A stretch of 64,000 nucleotides of DNA. It comes from a virus. Lineage: Duplodnaviria > Caudoviricetes. Numbering within the stretch: position 1 is the first letter of the stretch; each line of letters opens with the position of its first letter. The notes beneath the pieces are model-generated. The model was not told the DNA's origin, searched no databases, and worked only from the letters and a program-made list of their open reading frames with translations. Location: positions 10,167 to 74,166 of the IMG/VR virus record IMGVR_UViG_3300033463_004353, one strand, 5' to 3'. Shown one piece after another: positions 10,155 through 21,119 of the stretch. A program made the translations under genes and the position numbers.

Positions 10155-12065
10155 TCACTTAGCATTGTTGAACATGTCACCAAATGGCTGAGATCTAGTT
10201 GCACCAGCTTGTGGGGTTGTTGAAGCATAGATCTTCGCAATGACTGGATTCCACACATCTTCAAGTGCTTTCTGTGCTGTCATCACTTTCTCATATGCAT
10301 CTTCTTTGTCTTCTGCTGTATGGTACTCTTTCAGCACTTCTGACAAATTGTCTTTAGCAGGAGTGATGTTGCTCTTGTCTTCTTCGGTGAACTTGTCTTT
10401 CATTGCTTCATCTTCAAATGCTGAGTCAATAGAGTTCACAAGCAATTGTGCCATGTTCAGCTTAGACATCTTCTCTTCACGCTTCTTGTCTTCTTCTTTG
10501 TGTGCTTCTGCATCTGCTTTCATCTTCTCAATCTCTTCATCACTCAAGTTATTGTTAGAGATTGTGATCTTCTGCTCTTTGCCTGTAGCTTTATCCTTTG
10601 CAGACACATTCAAGACACCATTTGCATCAATGTCAAATGCAACTTCAATCTGAGGAACACCTGCCTTAGCTGGAGCAATGCCTTCCAAGTTGAATGTCCC
10701 AATCACCTTGCAGTCTTTAGCATATGTGCGCTCACCTTGCAAGACAACTATTGTCACCGCTGTCTGATTGTCAACCGCAGTAGTGAATATCTGTGACTTC
10801 TTGCATGGGATAGTTGTCTGTGCCTCAATGATCTTTGCAAGTCTGCCTTCTGGGTCAAACTGGTTATGTGCCTCAATTCCCATAGAGATTGGAGTAACAT
10901 CCAGCAATACTATATCACCAACACCTTCTTCCTTGTTCAAGATAGCACCTTGGATTGATGCACCAATAGCTACTGCTTCATCTGGGTTGACAGACTTTGA
11001 TGGCTCTTTGCCAAAGAATGCTTTCACAGCATTCTGGATAGCCGGGATACGTGTTGATCCACCAACAAGTATGACCTCATCAATGTCACTTACGCCTAAG
11101 CCAGCTTGCTCTAGTGCAATGCGGCATGGCTCAATTGTCTTCTTGACAATGTGGTCAATCAGCTGGTCAAACTTAGCACGAGTGAGTGTCATCACAAGAT
11201 GCTTTGGTCCTGTCTGGTCAGCGGTGATGTATGGCAAGTTGATCTCTGTTGACATAGTAGAAGAGAGCTCAACCTTTGCTTTCTCAGCTGAGTCTTTCAA
11301 CCTTTGCATAGCTATTGGATCTTTGCTCAAGTCTATTGAGTTCTCTTTCTTGAATTCATCAACCATCCAAGATATCAATATGTTGTCAATGTCATCACCA
11401 CCAAGGTGTGTGTCACCACTTGTGGCAAGGACTTCAAACACGCCACCACCAAACTCAAGAATAGATACGTCATGAGTACCACCACCGAAATCAAACACAA
11501 CAATCTTCATGTCTTTGTCAGACTTATCAATGCCATAGGCTAATGCAGCTGCGGTTGGCTCATTGACAATACGCTTGACATCAAGGCCAGCAATCTTGCC
11601 AGCTTCAATAGTAGCTTGGCGCTGGCGATCATCAAAGTATGCAGGCACAGTAATGACAGCTTCTTTGACTTCTTGTCCAAGATAGTCTTCAGCGGTCTTC
11701 TTCATCTTCTGCAGAACCATTGATGAGATTTCTTGTGGAGTGTATCTCTTGCCATCTACTTGGACTTTTGGCAAGTTAGAGTCATCAATCAAGTCATAAG
11801 GCATATGCTTGTCTTGATCTTTCACCTTGTCGTATGTCATGCCGACATATCGCTTGATTGAGTAGATTGTGTTCTTTGGATTTGTGATAGCTTGGCGACG
11901 TGCTGCATCACCCACTTTACGCTCACCATCTTTGGTGAATGCTACGACAGAAGGAGTAGTTCGCTTGCCTTCTGAATTCTCAATGACATGAGGTTGGCCA
12001 CCTTCAAAGACAGCTACACAGCTGTTAGAGGTACCTAAATCGATACCAATAATCTTGTTGCTCAT
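10155..12065 (-). CDS. dnaK: DnaK/Hsp70 chaperone (start refined to [12 protein letters not shown])
   Basis: [48 protein letters not shown] signatures. Confidence 0.97.
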   Translation of the reverse strand: MSNKIIGIDLGTSNSCVAVFEGGQPHVIENSEGKRTTPSVVAFTKDGERKVGDAARRQAITNPKNTIYSIKRYVGMTYDKVKDQDKHMPYDLIDDSNLPKVQVDGKRYTPQEISSMVLQKMKKTAEDYLGQEVKEAVITVPAYFDDRQRQATIEAGKIAGLDVKRIVNEPTAAALAYGIDKSDKDMKIVVFDFGGGTHDVSILEFGGGVFEVLATSGDTHLGGDDIDNILISWMVDEFKKENSIDLSKDPIAMQRLKDSAEKAKVELSSTMSTEINLPYITADQTGPKHLVMTLTRAKFDQLIDHIVKKTIEPCRIALEQAGLGVSDIDEVILVGGSTRIPAIQNAVKAFFGKEPSKSVNPDEAVAIGASIQGAILNKEEGVGDIVLLDVTPISMGIEAHNQFDPEGRLAKIIEAQTTIPCKKSQIFTTAVDNQTAVTIVVLQGERTYAKDCKVIGTFNLEGIAPAKAGVPQIEVAFDIDANGVLNVSAKDKATGKEQKITISNNNLSDEEIEKMKADAEAHKEEDKKREEKMSKLNMAQLLVNSIDSAFEDEAMKDKFTEEDKSNITPAKDNLSEVLKEYHTAEDKEDAYEKVMTAQKALEDVWNPVIAKIYASTTPQAGATRSQPFGDMFNNAK

Positions 12066-12177
12066 AATTGAATTATGTTTTGTAAATTTTTTGATGCTCA
12101 GAAACAATGCTGTAGAGCACTATTTCTGCTATAATAATAGTCTATCTACTATTATTTGTTCAACATTTTAACAACAT

Positions 12178-12783
12178 TTAAACTTCAAGTATATTCTTGT
12201 TAGAGTCATTGTAGTACATCAATGTCAATGCTGAAGTCTTCAATGAACGAATGTCATTTTCTATAAACTTCCTACGATCAAACTTGCTTGTTATCAGATG
12301 ATATCCGTTGACAGTCTCTAGTGTATACACTACATCAGCATTGCAATCACTTGTGAGATACTGCATAGTAGCATTGTAGTCTCCATCTTCTTGTGAGTCA
12401 AGATCTATCATCCATAGCTTGTCACGAGACTTAGACTTGTCAACAGCCGACTCAAACAACCCACGGGTCTTCTTGCTATTGCACTTGTAGTTGTCAACCA
12501 ATATGGTTATCAAGTCAAGCTGTATTGTCTTGTTATTCTTGCGGCGCAGGTCAATGTAAGCACGGGCATTCAACGCTATGCAAATCATCTTCATGAATGG
12601 GACAACCTTGTCAAACTCTTCTAGTGAGAATATGCAGAATGACCTTATCCTACGAGCACCATCATGAGAGCTTATAGTGTTATTGCCATCTTTCTTGCGT
12701 TGTATCAGAGAGATGAAGTAGAACTCATCTGGGTCTTCAAACTTCATGAAAGACCTTATCTTCTGAATGTTGTCTATTTCCAT
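12178..12783 (-). CDS. Conserved phage protein, possible AEP/primase-polymerase-like fold
   Basis: WMIDLD and TVNGYHLIT motifs resemble AEP motifs I and II. Confidence 0.4.
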   Translation of the reverse strand: MEIDNIQKIRSFMKFEDPDEFYFISLIQRKKDGNNTISSHDGARRIRSFCIFSLEEFDKVVPFMKMICIALNARAYIDLRRKNNKTIQLDLITILVDNYKCNSKKTRGLFESAVDKSKSRDKLWMIDLDSQEDGDYNATMQYLTSDCNADVVYTLETVNGYHLITSKFDRRKFIENDIRSLKTSALTLMYYNDSNKNILEV

Positions 12784-13397
12784 ATCACAATTGTATCATA
12801 GCTGAACAGCCTTGGTATGTTGCATCCAATGAAGTTACCAACTAGTATTGTCAAGTAAGGGATTGCAAAGCTCTCAACTAAACTGTTGTCTGCCTCAAAT
12901 ATGTAGAATGCATCAGCAATGCTATGGTAGAATCCTAGAATGATGAATGTAGGAATTCCCATCAATATAAGCAAGTAATTGATCTTGTCTCCTCTGGCTG
13001 CAGCAACAACCATTGTCATTATGAATCCACAACCAATAGCTGACAGCAAGCATCCAATAAGGGTGTCAGATATCCTTGCTTCTATGATTGGTGTTGCATC
13101 AATGCCTTTCAATGCAAGCAAAGACAATAGCCAGCACCCAAACACATTGCCAAGCCATATGATAACTAAGTCAGTCCATGCTAATATCTTCTTGTAGTCA
13201 AAGAATCCAGCTTGGCCAGTATACAATGGCAACTTGAAGCACACAACAGTCAGCAAGCCAAATGCAAACATAATTGCACCAACTATGCCACCAAGCTTTA
13301 TGAACATGCTACCACCAAGACCAATGCATATGCCAGCTAATGCACTACGAATGAACATATTGTATTCATATGACAGTCTCTCTCTAAATCTTCTCAT
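12774..13397 (-). CDS. Formate/nitrite transporter (FNT) family channel
   Basis: About six hydrophobic helices; SALAGICIGLG, LPLYTG, WLGNVFG, LGFYHSIADAFY motifs match FocA/NirC-like proteins; likely start 13358. Confidence 0.8.
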   Translation of the reverse strand: MRRFRERLSYEYNMFIRSALAGICIGLGGSMFIKLGGIVGAIMFAFGLLTVVCFKLPLYTGQAGFFDYKKILAWTDLVIIWLGNVFGCWLLSLLALKGIDATPIIEARISDTLIGCLLSAIGCGFIMTMVVAAARGDKINYLLILMGIPTFIILGFYHSIADAFYIFEADNSLVESFAIPYLTILVGNFIGCNIPRLFSYDTIVIWK

Positions 13398-13411
13398 ATA
13401 TCATTATCATT

Positions 13412-13948
13412 TCAAATATATCTCTTGTCAGTCTCACAGTATATTGGCTTCACATTCTTGATGTTCACCAGTTGACAGAATTTCCCAAATGTGTCATATA
13501 GCTTCACTTTAGGCAATATCTGGTTGACAATGAGCATATAGTACACCTTGCCTTTGTGCTTCACCATCTTGAATTCATTGCCATCATGATCACTAACCGA
13601 TATCATAGACCCATCTTCCATCTTTGATATCACTCTATTAGAGTCTCGCACATAGTGTGTTGGCAGCATTGACAGCATAGCAACATGCTCATCTGTTGAC
13701 ATGCTTCTTGAGATAGCTCTAGCCAAGTATTGCTTGCCATTGTGCTTCCACCCTTCATCTGTCTCAGCAAACTGCTTGTTCACAATCATGCAAGCATTCT
13801 GGTAAGTTATCACATCATATTGTACATCAGACATCACATGTACCCTACGATCATTGCCATCTTCCCAAGGTGACATCTGCAGCAGGTAGTTGTCCATCAC
13901 CTTGTACACTATCTCTGTGTTCTTGTCTTGTATGTACTTGTCACTCAT
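13412..13948 (-). CDS. Hypothetical protein
   Basis: ORF track; coupled to the NUDIX gene. Confidence 0.7.
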   Translation of the reverse strand: MSDKYIQDKNTEIVYKVMDNYLLQMSPWEDGNDRRVHVMSDVQYDVITYQNACMIVNKQFAETDEGWKHNGKQYLARAISRSMSTDEHVAMLSMLPTHYVRDSNRVISKMEDGSMISVSDHDGNEFKMVKHKGKVYYMLIVNQILPKVKLYDTFGKFCQLVNIKNVKPIYCETDKRYI

Positions 13949-14513
13949 CGCTGAACCACTTCTTGTATAGCTTCAAGACAACCTTCTTGTACCATGGGAT
14001 GTTGATGTACTTGCTATATATCTGCTTGATGATCTTGTTATGGTTGAATGTCCAGCTATACAAGTCAACATGGTCTACTGGCTTGAATTCAATGCATGAC
14101 ACTTCATTCACTTCTGAGTTAGCATCACTCAGCTTGCCAACATAGCTCTCAACAGTCTCTGGCAATATGCCATACATCCTCACAGAAACATTCTGTCGTG
14201 ATGATGCCATTGGATCTGACTCAATGTAGCAGATGTTCAAGATGCCTTTGCTGATTTGGAGGCCTGTCTCTTCAAGCACTTCACGGCATGCTGCATCTTT
14301 GATGTCTTCATCATAGTCAAGATATCCACAGACACAGTTCCAATATCCTTGGTAGTCTGGTGTGCCTTTACCACGCAAGTTTGTAAGGACATACCACAAG
14401 CCTTGCTCATCTCTTGCAAACAAGAACACAGATGCTGCAACACTTCGGCTAATCCATGCAATTCTCTTAAATCCATCTATTGGATCAACATACTCAACTG
14501 ATTGGTTTCTCAT
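13941..14513 (-). CDS. NUDIX hydrolase
   Basis: Nudix box GYLDYDEDIKDAACREVLEETGL. Confidence 0.92.
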   Translation of the reverse strand: MRNQSVEYVDPIDGFKRIAWISRSVAASVFLFARDEQGLWYVLTNLRGKGTPDYQGYWNCVCGYLDYDEDIKDAACREVLEETGLQISKGILNICYIESDPMASSRQNVSVRMYGILPETVESYVGKLSDANSEVNEVSCIEFKPVDHVDLYSWTFNHNKIIKQIYSKYINIPWYKKVVLKLYKKWFSDE

Positions 14514-14591
14514 AGCTATTTGATTTTTTGCATTATGAAAATAGAAACAACATCTAGATCTTTCAAATCACACAATTATTTTTAAATATAT

Positions 14592-16766
14592 TTGTTTAGA
14601 GTACGGACGATTGTGACAAAGAAAGAGATAAAACTAGGAAAGTGGAGCTTCTTGTGTGAGTTCATGAAGAATGGAGGCAAAGACTTCAATGACCCAACCT
14701 TGAAGAAGAGCTTTGTAATCATCCGTGACTTTGACATGTATGACACCGTCGTGTATGACAAGAGCATACTAGTTGTTGAGAAGAGCTTGTATGAGAAGAT
14801 GGTCAGCAATGCAGATGGTGACTTTGCTTTCCCATTAGGCACAAAGAGCAACATCCACTACACAAACCTAGTTGAGAAATTCTCAACTTACAGCTTCTCT
14901 GATGCAAGAGACTTGGCATTCAGCATACTTGATAGCCAAACTATGGAAGATGCTAGCATACTCTGTGACAAGATAAGAGTGTGGTGGCCAGTCAACAAGA
15001 AGAGAGTTGACTTCATTGTCCATGCATACAGCTATGTGAATGACATACATTTCCATTGGGTGTGTGAGTCATCTAAGATTGTTGAAAGAGTGTGTGACCA
15101 TGAAGTGAGAGTTGGAATGAACAAATATCTAGAGCACATTGACCTAGTTGTGCCAAGCATTGATTGCTTGATGCTGCCTGCTAACAACTATTGCATCAAT
15201 GATGTGATGAGTGAGATATCCAATGGATTCAACCCAAAAGAAAGGCAACTAGCTGATTGGCTGGTTGACAACTCACAAGATGAGTCAAGCACAGTGATGA
15301 TGCTTGCTGACTTCATTCGCCCGTATGCAATCAAGAAGACAACTGAAGAAGTTGATGATGGCATAGATGGTGATGGGAATGCAAAGAAGAGGAAAGTAGA
15401 CCACTTGATGAAGGTGTTCATCAGGGAAGACTCTACTACAATGGCATCACAGTACATCAACAACTCAATGAACATATCTCTCTTCCCTTATTCTGGGATA
15501 TCCAGCAATGAGTATGTGCTAGAAGATGGCATGCTGCCTTCTATGCTCTTCTCTTCACATGAGAACTCACTGAGGCTCAGTGCAAAGCTTGGATTTGACA
15601 ACAAGAGAGTAGCACTTGTGAATGAGTTCTTGTTCCCAGGAAAAGAAGAAGACCAGCATGAGTATGATGAGCAGAAGCATGGCCCAATTGCAGACAAGAT
15701 AGCTAGGCAAGTGACAGAGTACTACAAGATGTTCTATGTCAAAGATGAGTATGACTATGAGAGTGATGAGATGTTTGGTGATGAGAGTGAAGCGGTCAAC
15801 AGCATCAAGCAGACAGGGTTTGTGATACAGATTGCTAATGACACAAAGTTTGATGATCCAATCTATGAGTCAAAGATTGACACCGAGAGCCCTTCTGATT
15901 GCTTCATATATGACTTCAGCTTCTCACTTGATGGGCTGGTGAGCTCACTTGAAGAGATACCAGAGACACTAGTGATGAGATCACTCTTCATTGACAAGTC
16001 ACTAGGGATAGCCATATCTAGCAACCCTGTTGTGCTCACCAAAGAGTGGATGAAGCTGATGGTGAATGACACACCAACCCCAGCAATATGGGTTAGCAGA
16101 CAAAATGACCTTACAAGAGAAAGCTACATGAGAGTCAAGAATGGATACAACTTCATAGACAAAGTGAACTGTGTGATATCAGAAGATGAAGACACAATGC
16201 TCGCAAGGAAGATGAGATCAATAGCTGAGAGCATAAGCAGCATGCAGTTAGGTGAGATAAGCAGCATCCCAGAGCTAGACATAGACATAGAAGAAGCTCT
16301 AGATGACAACAGCCCTGAGAATGTTGATGTCACCCTCAAGCTGAATGACATAGTCAAGATCAATGAGAGCATAAAGAAGATGAATGACATGAAAGAGTCA
16401 CTAGATGCTATTAGCCGCATGATAGTAGAGAATGACAAGAAGAACTCTTTTGTTGACAGAGCAAGCTCAGACATGATCACAAAGATAGTGTACAAGCCTA
16501 TATTCTACAAGACACAAGACTTGCAGAACATCACTCTCAGGAAGTCAACATCACAGAACATAGGCATAAACTTGTCACAATACATGAACAAAGTCCAAGT
16601 GTTCACAATGAAGATAGGTGAAACAGTTGTCAAAGAATCTTCAAGGAATGATGCATTTGTCATCTTCAAGATAGATGCAAACACTCTTGACAGTGATGGA
16701 GGGACATACACAATAATGGATGAAGACTTTGAGTACATATCATCCGGAAACTACAGCATATATTGA
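14592..16766 (+). CDS. Hypothetical, probably virion/baseplate-associated protein (start uncertain)
   Basis: 724-aa ORF directly upstream of and overlapping the gp25-like gene; TTATTTTTAA at 14576-14585. Confidence 0.6.
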   Translation: MFRVRTIVTKKEIKLGKWSFLCEFMKNGGKDFNDPTLKKSFVIIRDFDMYDTVVYDKSILVVEKSLYEKMVSNADGDFAFPLGTKSNIHYTNLVEKFSTYSFSDARDLAFSILDSQTMEDASILCDKIRVWWPVNKKRVDFIVHAYSYVNDIHFHWVCESSKIVERVCDHEVRVGMNKYLEHIDLVVPSIDCLMLPANNYCINDVMSEISNGFNPKERQLADWLVDNSQDESSTVMMLADFIRPYAIKKTTEEVDDGIDGDGNAKKRKVDHLMKVFIREDSTTMASQYINNSMNISLFPYSGISSNEYVLEDGMLPSMLFSSHENSLRLSAKLGFDNKRVALVNEFLFPGKEEDQHEYDEQKHGPIADKIARQVTEYYKMFYVKDEYDYESDEMFGDESEAVNSIKQTGFVIQIANDTKFDDPIYESKIDTESPSDCFIYDFSFSLDGLVSSLEEIPETLVMRSLFIDKSLGIAISSNPVVLTKEWMKLMVNDTPTPAIWVSRQNDLTRESYMRVKNGYNFIDKVNCVISEDEDTMLARKMRSIAESISSMQLGEISSIPELDIDIEEALDDNSPENVDVTLKLNDIVKINESIKKMNDMKESLDAISRMIVENDKKNSFVDRASSDMITKIVYKPIFYKTQDLQNITLRKSTSQNIGINLSQYMNKVQVFTMKIGETVVKESSRNDAFVIFKIDANTLDSDGGTYTIMDEDFEYISSGNYSIY

Positions 16767-17128
16767 AACAGATGATAATAGACTTAGCACTAGATGACAG
16801 AGTAGTCATATCATCAAGCCTAGACATGGCAATACAAGAGCTAGACTTGCTATTCAACACAGAGTGCACAGAGCTGATTGGCAACCCATACTTTGGGGTT
16901 AGCCTAGACCAGTTCTTGTGGACACTCACACCTACTACTAGCTCACTCAAGAAATACTTGAGTGACAAGCTGGCTAAATTGCATTTCTTGAACATGTTCA
17001 AGTACAACTTGAATGTTGAGTATGAGAAGTCAGAAGAGTGGAACTCAGCATACAATGTCACAGTACAGATATGGACAGACAGAGATGACAGCTCTAAGAC
17101 AATAAAAAGAGAATATAAGTTCAAATGA
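16763..17128 (+). CDS. gp25: Baseplate wedge protein, T4 gp25-like
   Basis: ELDLLFNTECTELIGNPYFGVSLDQFLW pattern, size and position before the gp6-like gene. Confidence 0.7.
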   Translation: MKQMIIDLALDDRVVISSSLDMAIQELDLLFNTECTELIGNPYFGVSLDQFLWTLTPTTSSLKKYLSDKLAKLHFLNMFKYNLNVEYEKSEEWNSAYNVTVQIWTDRDDSSKTIKREYKFK

Positions 17129-18807
17129 GATTGTTTTCATTGATGCAGACAACATTTGACAGGTTTGACTCTACTATAGACTCTTACTTGTCAAAGGCGC
17201 TTGGATCTATAGGGTTGCAGTATTCTGACAACCAGATATTCAAGATAGTCCTCAATGCTATAAAGAGTGTCTTCCAGAATGTGATGCTGTATATTGAAGA
17301 TGCATTTGTTGAGCAGAACATAGAGACAGCAACAAGGAAGAAGTCTGTCTACTCACTGGCAAAGCTGTCTGGCTATGAGCCTTACTATGGCAGTGCAGCA
17401 ACAGGCACTGTCTTGCTCACCATGAAGAGCAGCATCAACGATGTTGCAGAGAAGAAGAAGATATACATAGACAACTACTCATACATTGAAGACACAAAGA
17501 CAGGCATTAGGTACATGCTGTGGCTTGAGAATGACAGGCATGTAATTGACTTGTCAAAGCCTCTTGTTTCAACAGAAGTGAGGATCATACAAGGCACACT
17601 GCTGAGATCATCTTACACCGCAAAGGGTGAAGAGTTGGAGACTGTCCATGCAACAACTCAAGGCATGTATGACAAGTCTTATATGAATGTGTATGTCAAC
17701 AATGTCAAGTATGACATAGTGTCTAACTTGTATGACATGACCGAAGATGGTAATGAGTGTGTTGTTTCAACAGGGTTTGACAATGAGATTGATGTCACAT
17801 TTGGTGATGGTGTGCATGGCAAGACACTCAATCGTGGTGACAATGTGTCTCTTGAGTATATCTCTCATGAAGGGACAAATGGCAACATATCTAGTGTAGA
17901 GTCTTCAAGCTTCAAGTTTGTGACTTCAGGCAGTGACTGGTCTGGTGACTCTGTGAACCTGAATGACTACATGAAGATAACACAGAACTCTCATGTTAGT
18001 GGTGGAACTGACAGTGACACAATAAGTGATGTCCGTAGGATGGTAGGATACAACTCAAGGAGCAATGTCCTTGCATCTGTCAACAACTATGCTCTGTTCT
18101 TGAAGCACTTCTCTTACATTGGCAACTTCAACATATGGCCAGAGAGCAACTCAAACATACTCTGCATAAGTGCTGTGACTGACAAGATAATGGACAGCTC
18201 TGACTTAGCTAAGTGGGAGAAGCTTTCAACAAGTGACATACTCCTGAATGATCGCCAAAAGGATGGGATAATAAAGTCAATAGAGAACTCTGAGATGACA
18301 TTTGCAGGAACTGTTGTGAAGTTTGTTGATCCAATAATATACAAGTATGCTGTCATATGCTATGTCAAGCCAGAAGATGAGTACTACAAAGAGACAATAA
18401 CTGACACAATAAAGGCTGTTGTTGCAAAGATGTTTGTCAGCTTGACATTCAACACAAAGTTTGTCTCAAAGTCAGACATAATAAAAGAGATTGTTGAGAA
18501 TGTGAAGCATGTGAAGTCAGTAGTTGTTGACATCATATCAGAAGCCAACGAGATGGCTTACCATGACTCATACTACTACAAGTATGACATACATGCTGTT
18601 GGTGACAAGATCTCATATGACAAAGTGAAGTACAACTATGAGACTGACTTGATGCTTGGCCTAGACAACATGGGCAACATATCAGTTGAGAGCTCACTGT
18701 ACATGCCATTGCTGCATGGTGACATACTGTACTATCCAAACAAGACAGGGTCATCATTGCAATCTAGCAGCATGAGGCTAGATCCTGTCAATGTCGTGTT
18801 CATTTGA
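17125..18807 (+). CDS. gp6: Baseplate wedge protein, T4 gp6-like
   Basis: ETATRKKSVYSLAKLSGYEP, VTFGDGVHGKTL, GGTDSDTISDVR motifs. Confidence 0.82.
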   Translation: MRLFSLMQTTFDRFDSTIDSYLSKALGSIGLQYSDNQIFKIVLNAIKSVFQNVMLYIEDAFVEQNIETATRKKSVYSLAKLSGYEPYYGSAATGTVLLTMKSSINDVAEKKKIYIDNYSYIEDTKTGIRYMLWLENDRHVIDLSKPLVSTEVRIIQGTLLRSSYTAKGEELETVHATTQGMYDKSYMNVYVNNVKYDIVSNLYDMTEDGNECVVSTGFDNEIDVTFGDGVHGKTLNRGDNVSLEYISHEGTNGNISSVESSSFKFVTSGSDWSGDSVNLNDYMKITQNSHVSGGTDSDTISDVRRMVGYNSRSNVLASVNNYALFLKHFSYIGNFNIWPESNSNILCISAVTDKIMDSSDLAKWEKLSTSDILLNDRQKDGIIKSIENSEMTFAGTVVKFVDPIIYKYAVICYVKPEDEYYKETITDTIKAVVAKMFVSLTFNTKFVSKSDIIKEIVENVKHVKSVVVDIISEANEMAYHDSYYYKYDIHAVGDKISYDKVKYNYETDLMLGLDNMGNISVESSLYMPLLHGDILYYPNKTGSSLQSSSMRLDPVNVVFI

Positions 18808-18824
18808 GTTATTATTAAAAAACA

Positions 18825-19271
18825 ATGCAGATGGCACAGTTAGTGATGGAGCACATATCAGAATTCATATCTGAGAGCAAATCAAAGGAAAGCCTTGTTG
18901 AAGAGATACTCAATGCTTTAGATGGTGACATAGTACAAGCTATCGTAAAGCGCACAAAGAACTATGATGAGAACAAGATGCCTTGGTCTCGTGAGCCAAT
19001 GTTCTTGATAGCTGAAAAGGAGCAGCAAAGTGATGATGATGCCACAGAGAAAGTCTCAAGGACAATGTCATGGAAGAGAATAAGCTTCATGGACTTGTAT
19101 GCAGATGGCTCTGAGTATGAGGTGAAAGGCACTATTGATGACTATAATATAAAGAGTGATGTTGGTGAGTATCCATGCTCTGTGCTAGGTGTGTATGTTG
19201 ACAGGCAGTTCTTGCCTATATGCAGCATTGAGTCTTTCAAGAGAGTTGTCAATATACTGAAGAGAAAATAA
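18825..19271 (+). CDS. Hypothetical protein, possible head-internal protein (alt start 18846 MEHISEFISE)
   Basis: ORF track; CTS-like N-terminus; TTATTATTAA at 18809-18818. Confidence 0.65.
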   Translation: MQMAQLVMEHISEFISESKSKESLVEEILNALDGDIVQAIVKRTKNYDENKMPWSREPMFLIAEKEQQSDDDATEKVSRTMSWKRISFMDLYADGSEYEVKGTIDDYNIKSDVGEYPCSVLGVYVDRQFLPICSIESFKRVVNILKRK

Positions 19272-19279
19272 CACTATAT

Positions 19280-20044
19280 ATGAATATACAAAAGATGAGT
19301 TGTTTCGTGAGCATACTAGATGACAGTGAATTGTCAAGCAAGATCAGTGATTGCAATTGCAAAGTAGTCCTTGGCAGCAGCACTGTATATGAAGGCAAAG
19401 TTAGTGATCTAAAGGAAGCAATCAATGAGATGGATGCCAACATACTAGGAATGTGCATAGTTGAGGTGATGCTCAGCAATGGCACATCCATGGTGACAAC
19501 ACTGGCAGAAAATGAGAACATCTCAAAGATGAGAGAGATGCTTGATGGCAGAGACATCACAAAGCTGCCAGATGATGCAAAGGCATTCAACAAGCTGATG
19601 ATAATGGCGACAATGGTGCCAATGATCCCTGGCATAGTTGATGAAGAGGCTATAAGTGGCACAATGCTTGGAGACTTAATCAATAGGTATGGTGAGAGCT
19701 TCAAGAAGATATGTGCAATATCACAGATAGATGAGAAGAGACAGCCAAAGTTCTGCATTGATTACATGACAGAAGATGGATACTATGACAAGATGCTGAC
19801 AGATGACTGGAAGAAGTCTCTCCAAGAGATTGGTGGAGCAAAGCTGCACTACTGGGCAGTTTCAAGAATGGAGTCTAGCAACTTCTCAGAGCTAGACTCA
19901 CTAGTTGCATGGCATGCAGATGACAAAGGTACAGGGTATTGGAAGAATGTGCATGACAACTCAACCAATCCAAATGATCGCCCTAAGTGGGCAACAATCT
20001 TGAAGCCAAATGAGTTGAAGAAGCTTGAGTCACTCAGGAAATGA
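19280..20044 (+). CDS. Hypothetical protein
   Basis: ORF track; co-directional cluster. Confidence 0.7.
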   Translation: MNIQKMSCFVSILDDSELSSKISDCNCKVVLGSSTVYEGKVSDLKEAINEMDANILGMCIVEVMLSNGTSMVTTLAENENISKMREMLDGRDITKLPDDAKAFNKLMIMATMVPMIPGIVDEEAISGTMLGDLINRYGESFKKICAISQIDEKRQPKFCIDYMTEDGYYDKMLTDDWKKSLQEIGGAKLHYWAVSRMESSNFSELDSLVAWHADDKGTGYWKNVHDNSTNPNDRPKWATILKPNELKKLESLRK

Positions 20045-20078
20045 CAACAAGGAAAAAATAAACTAATATAGAATTGAA

Positions 20079-20735
20079 ATGAAAAGCATAGTACAATTCA
20101 TCAATGAGAACATAGAAGTTGAGCAAGGTCCTGGAGACTACAAAGTAGTTGTCTTGGCACGCCGTGAAGGCATTGAATTGTCTTCAATAACTGAAGAAGA
20201 CTTCATAAAGTTCATCAGAGAAGATGTTGACAAAGCTATCAAAGAGTATTCTGCTATCATAAGCAAGTTCAATGTCAAATATCGTGAATGGCTAATCAAG
20301 ACTGAAGTGGATGCTGCAGTCAAGTATGCTGAGAAGAAGTGGAAGACAGACAAGAAGCGCAATGAGTATGTAGAGAACATCAAGAAGAATGCTGAAGAGA
20401 AGCCTAGATACACTTACAAGGCAGAAGACATCTACTTTGACTTCAAGCCAACACCATCAAATAGCATATCAGGAAGTTGCGTGATAAGCAAGAAGTCTAC
20501 AACAAGAGACTTGAAGGAAGCTTACAAGATCTTGATGCAAGACAAGTACTTCTTGTGTGGCAAAGGCTGGGCACTAAAGTATGAGACTACTGATGAGACA
20601 AGGCCTTATTCATTCCGCCCATGGATTGATGTGTTGCTAGATGAGTCAGACCGTGAAGAGCAGAATCGTGATGAAGAGATGCTCAGAAAGTCTATTGAGG
20701 CATTCTACTCAAACACCAACTATTGGGGAGACTAA
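20079..20735 (+). CDS. Hypothetical protein with CTS-like N-terminus MKSIVQFINE
   Basis: ORF track; N-terminus resembles T4 internal-protein leader MKTYQEFIAE. Confidence 0.7.
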   Translation: MKSIVQFINENIEVEQGPGDYKVVVLARREGIELSSITEEDFIKFIREDVDKAIKEYSAIISKFNVKYREWLIKTEVDAAVKYAEKKWKTDKKRNEYVENIKKNAEEKPRYTYKAEDIYFDFKPTPSNSISGSCVISKKSTTRDLKEAYKILMQDKYFLCGKGWALKYETTDETRPYSFRPWIDVLLDESDREEQNRDEEMLRKSIEAFYSNTNYWGD

Positions 20736-20755
20736 AAAAACAGATAGTAGGACAA

Positions 20756-21070
20756 ATGGTAAATCTTGGCAACTACATAAGCAGCATAGATGAAGCACAG
20801 AGAGATGTTGCTAAAATCAAGAGATTCAACCCAGATGATGAGTGGACAGACAATTGCTTGAAGGCACTAGAAGATGCTTTCTCAAAAGAGTACACTATTG
20901 AGAAGAAATGGTCTGGCTCAATATGCTTCTACAAGAAAGGCAAGAAGCCATCACTCAAGAGCTTGGTATGCTCAATAAATGGCAACTCATACATTGACTT
21001 TGGCCCTAACACAAGTCTAGAGAATACACTAGGTGAAGAGATATTCAATGTGATAGACACCGTTGAGTGA
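20756..21070 (+). CDS. Hypothetical protein (start refined to MVNLGNYISSIDE)
   Basis: ORF track 20723-21070; first ATG downstream of previous stop is 20756. Confidence 0.65.
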   Translation: MVNLGNYISSIDEAQRDVAKIKRFNPDDEWTDNCLKALEDAFSKEYTIEKKWSGSICFYKKGKKPSLKSLVCSINGNSYIDFGPNTSLENTLGEEIFNVIDTVE

Positions 21071-21119
21071 GCATTAGGTTTTGCCTATTTTATTTTTAAA
21101 AAATCGACAAATCTTGACG

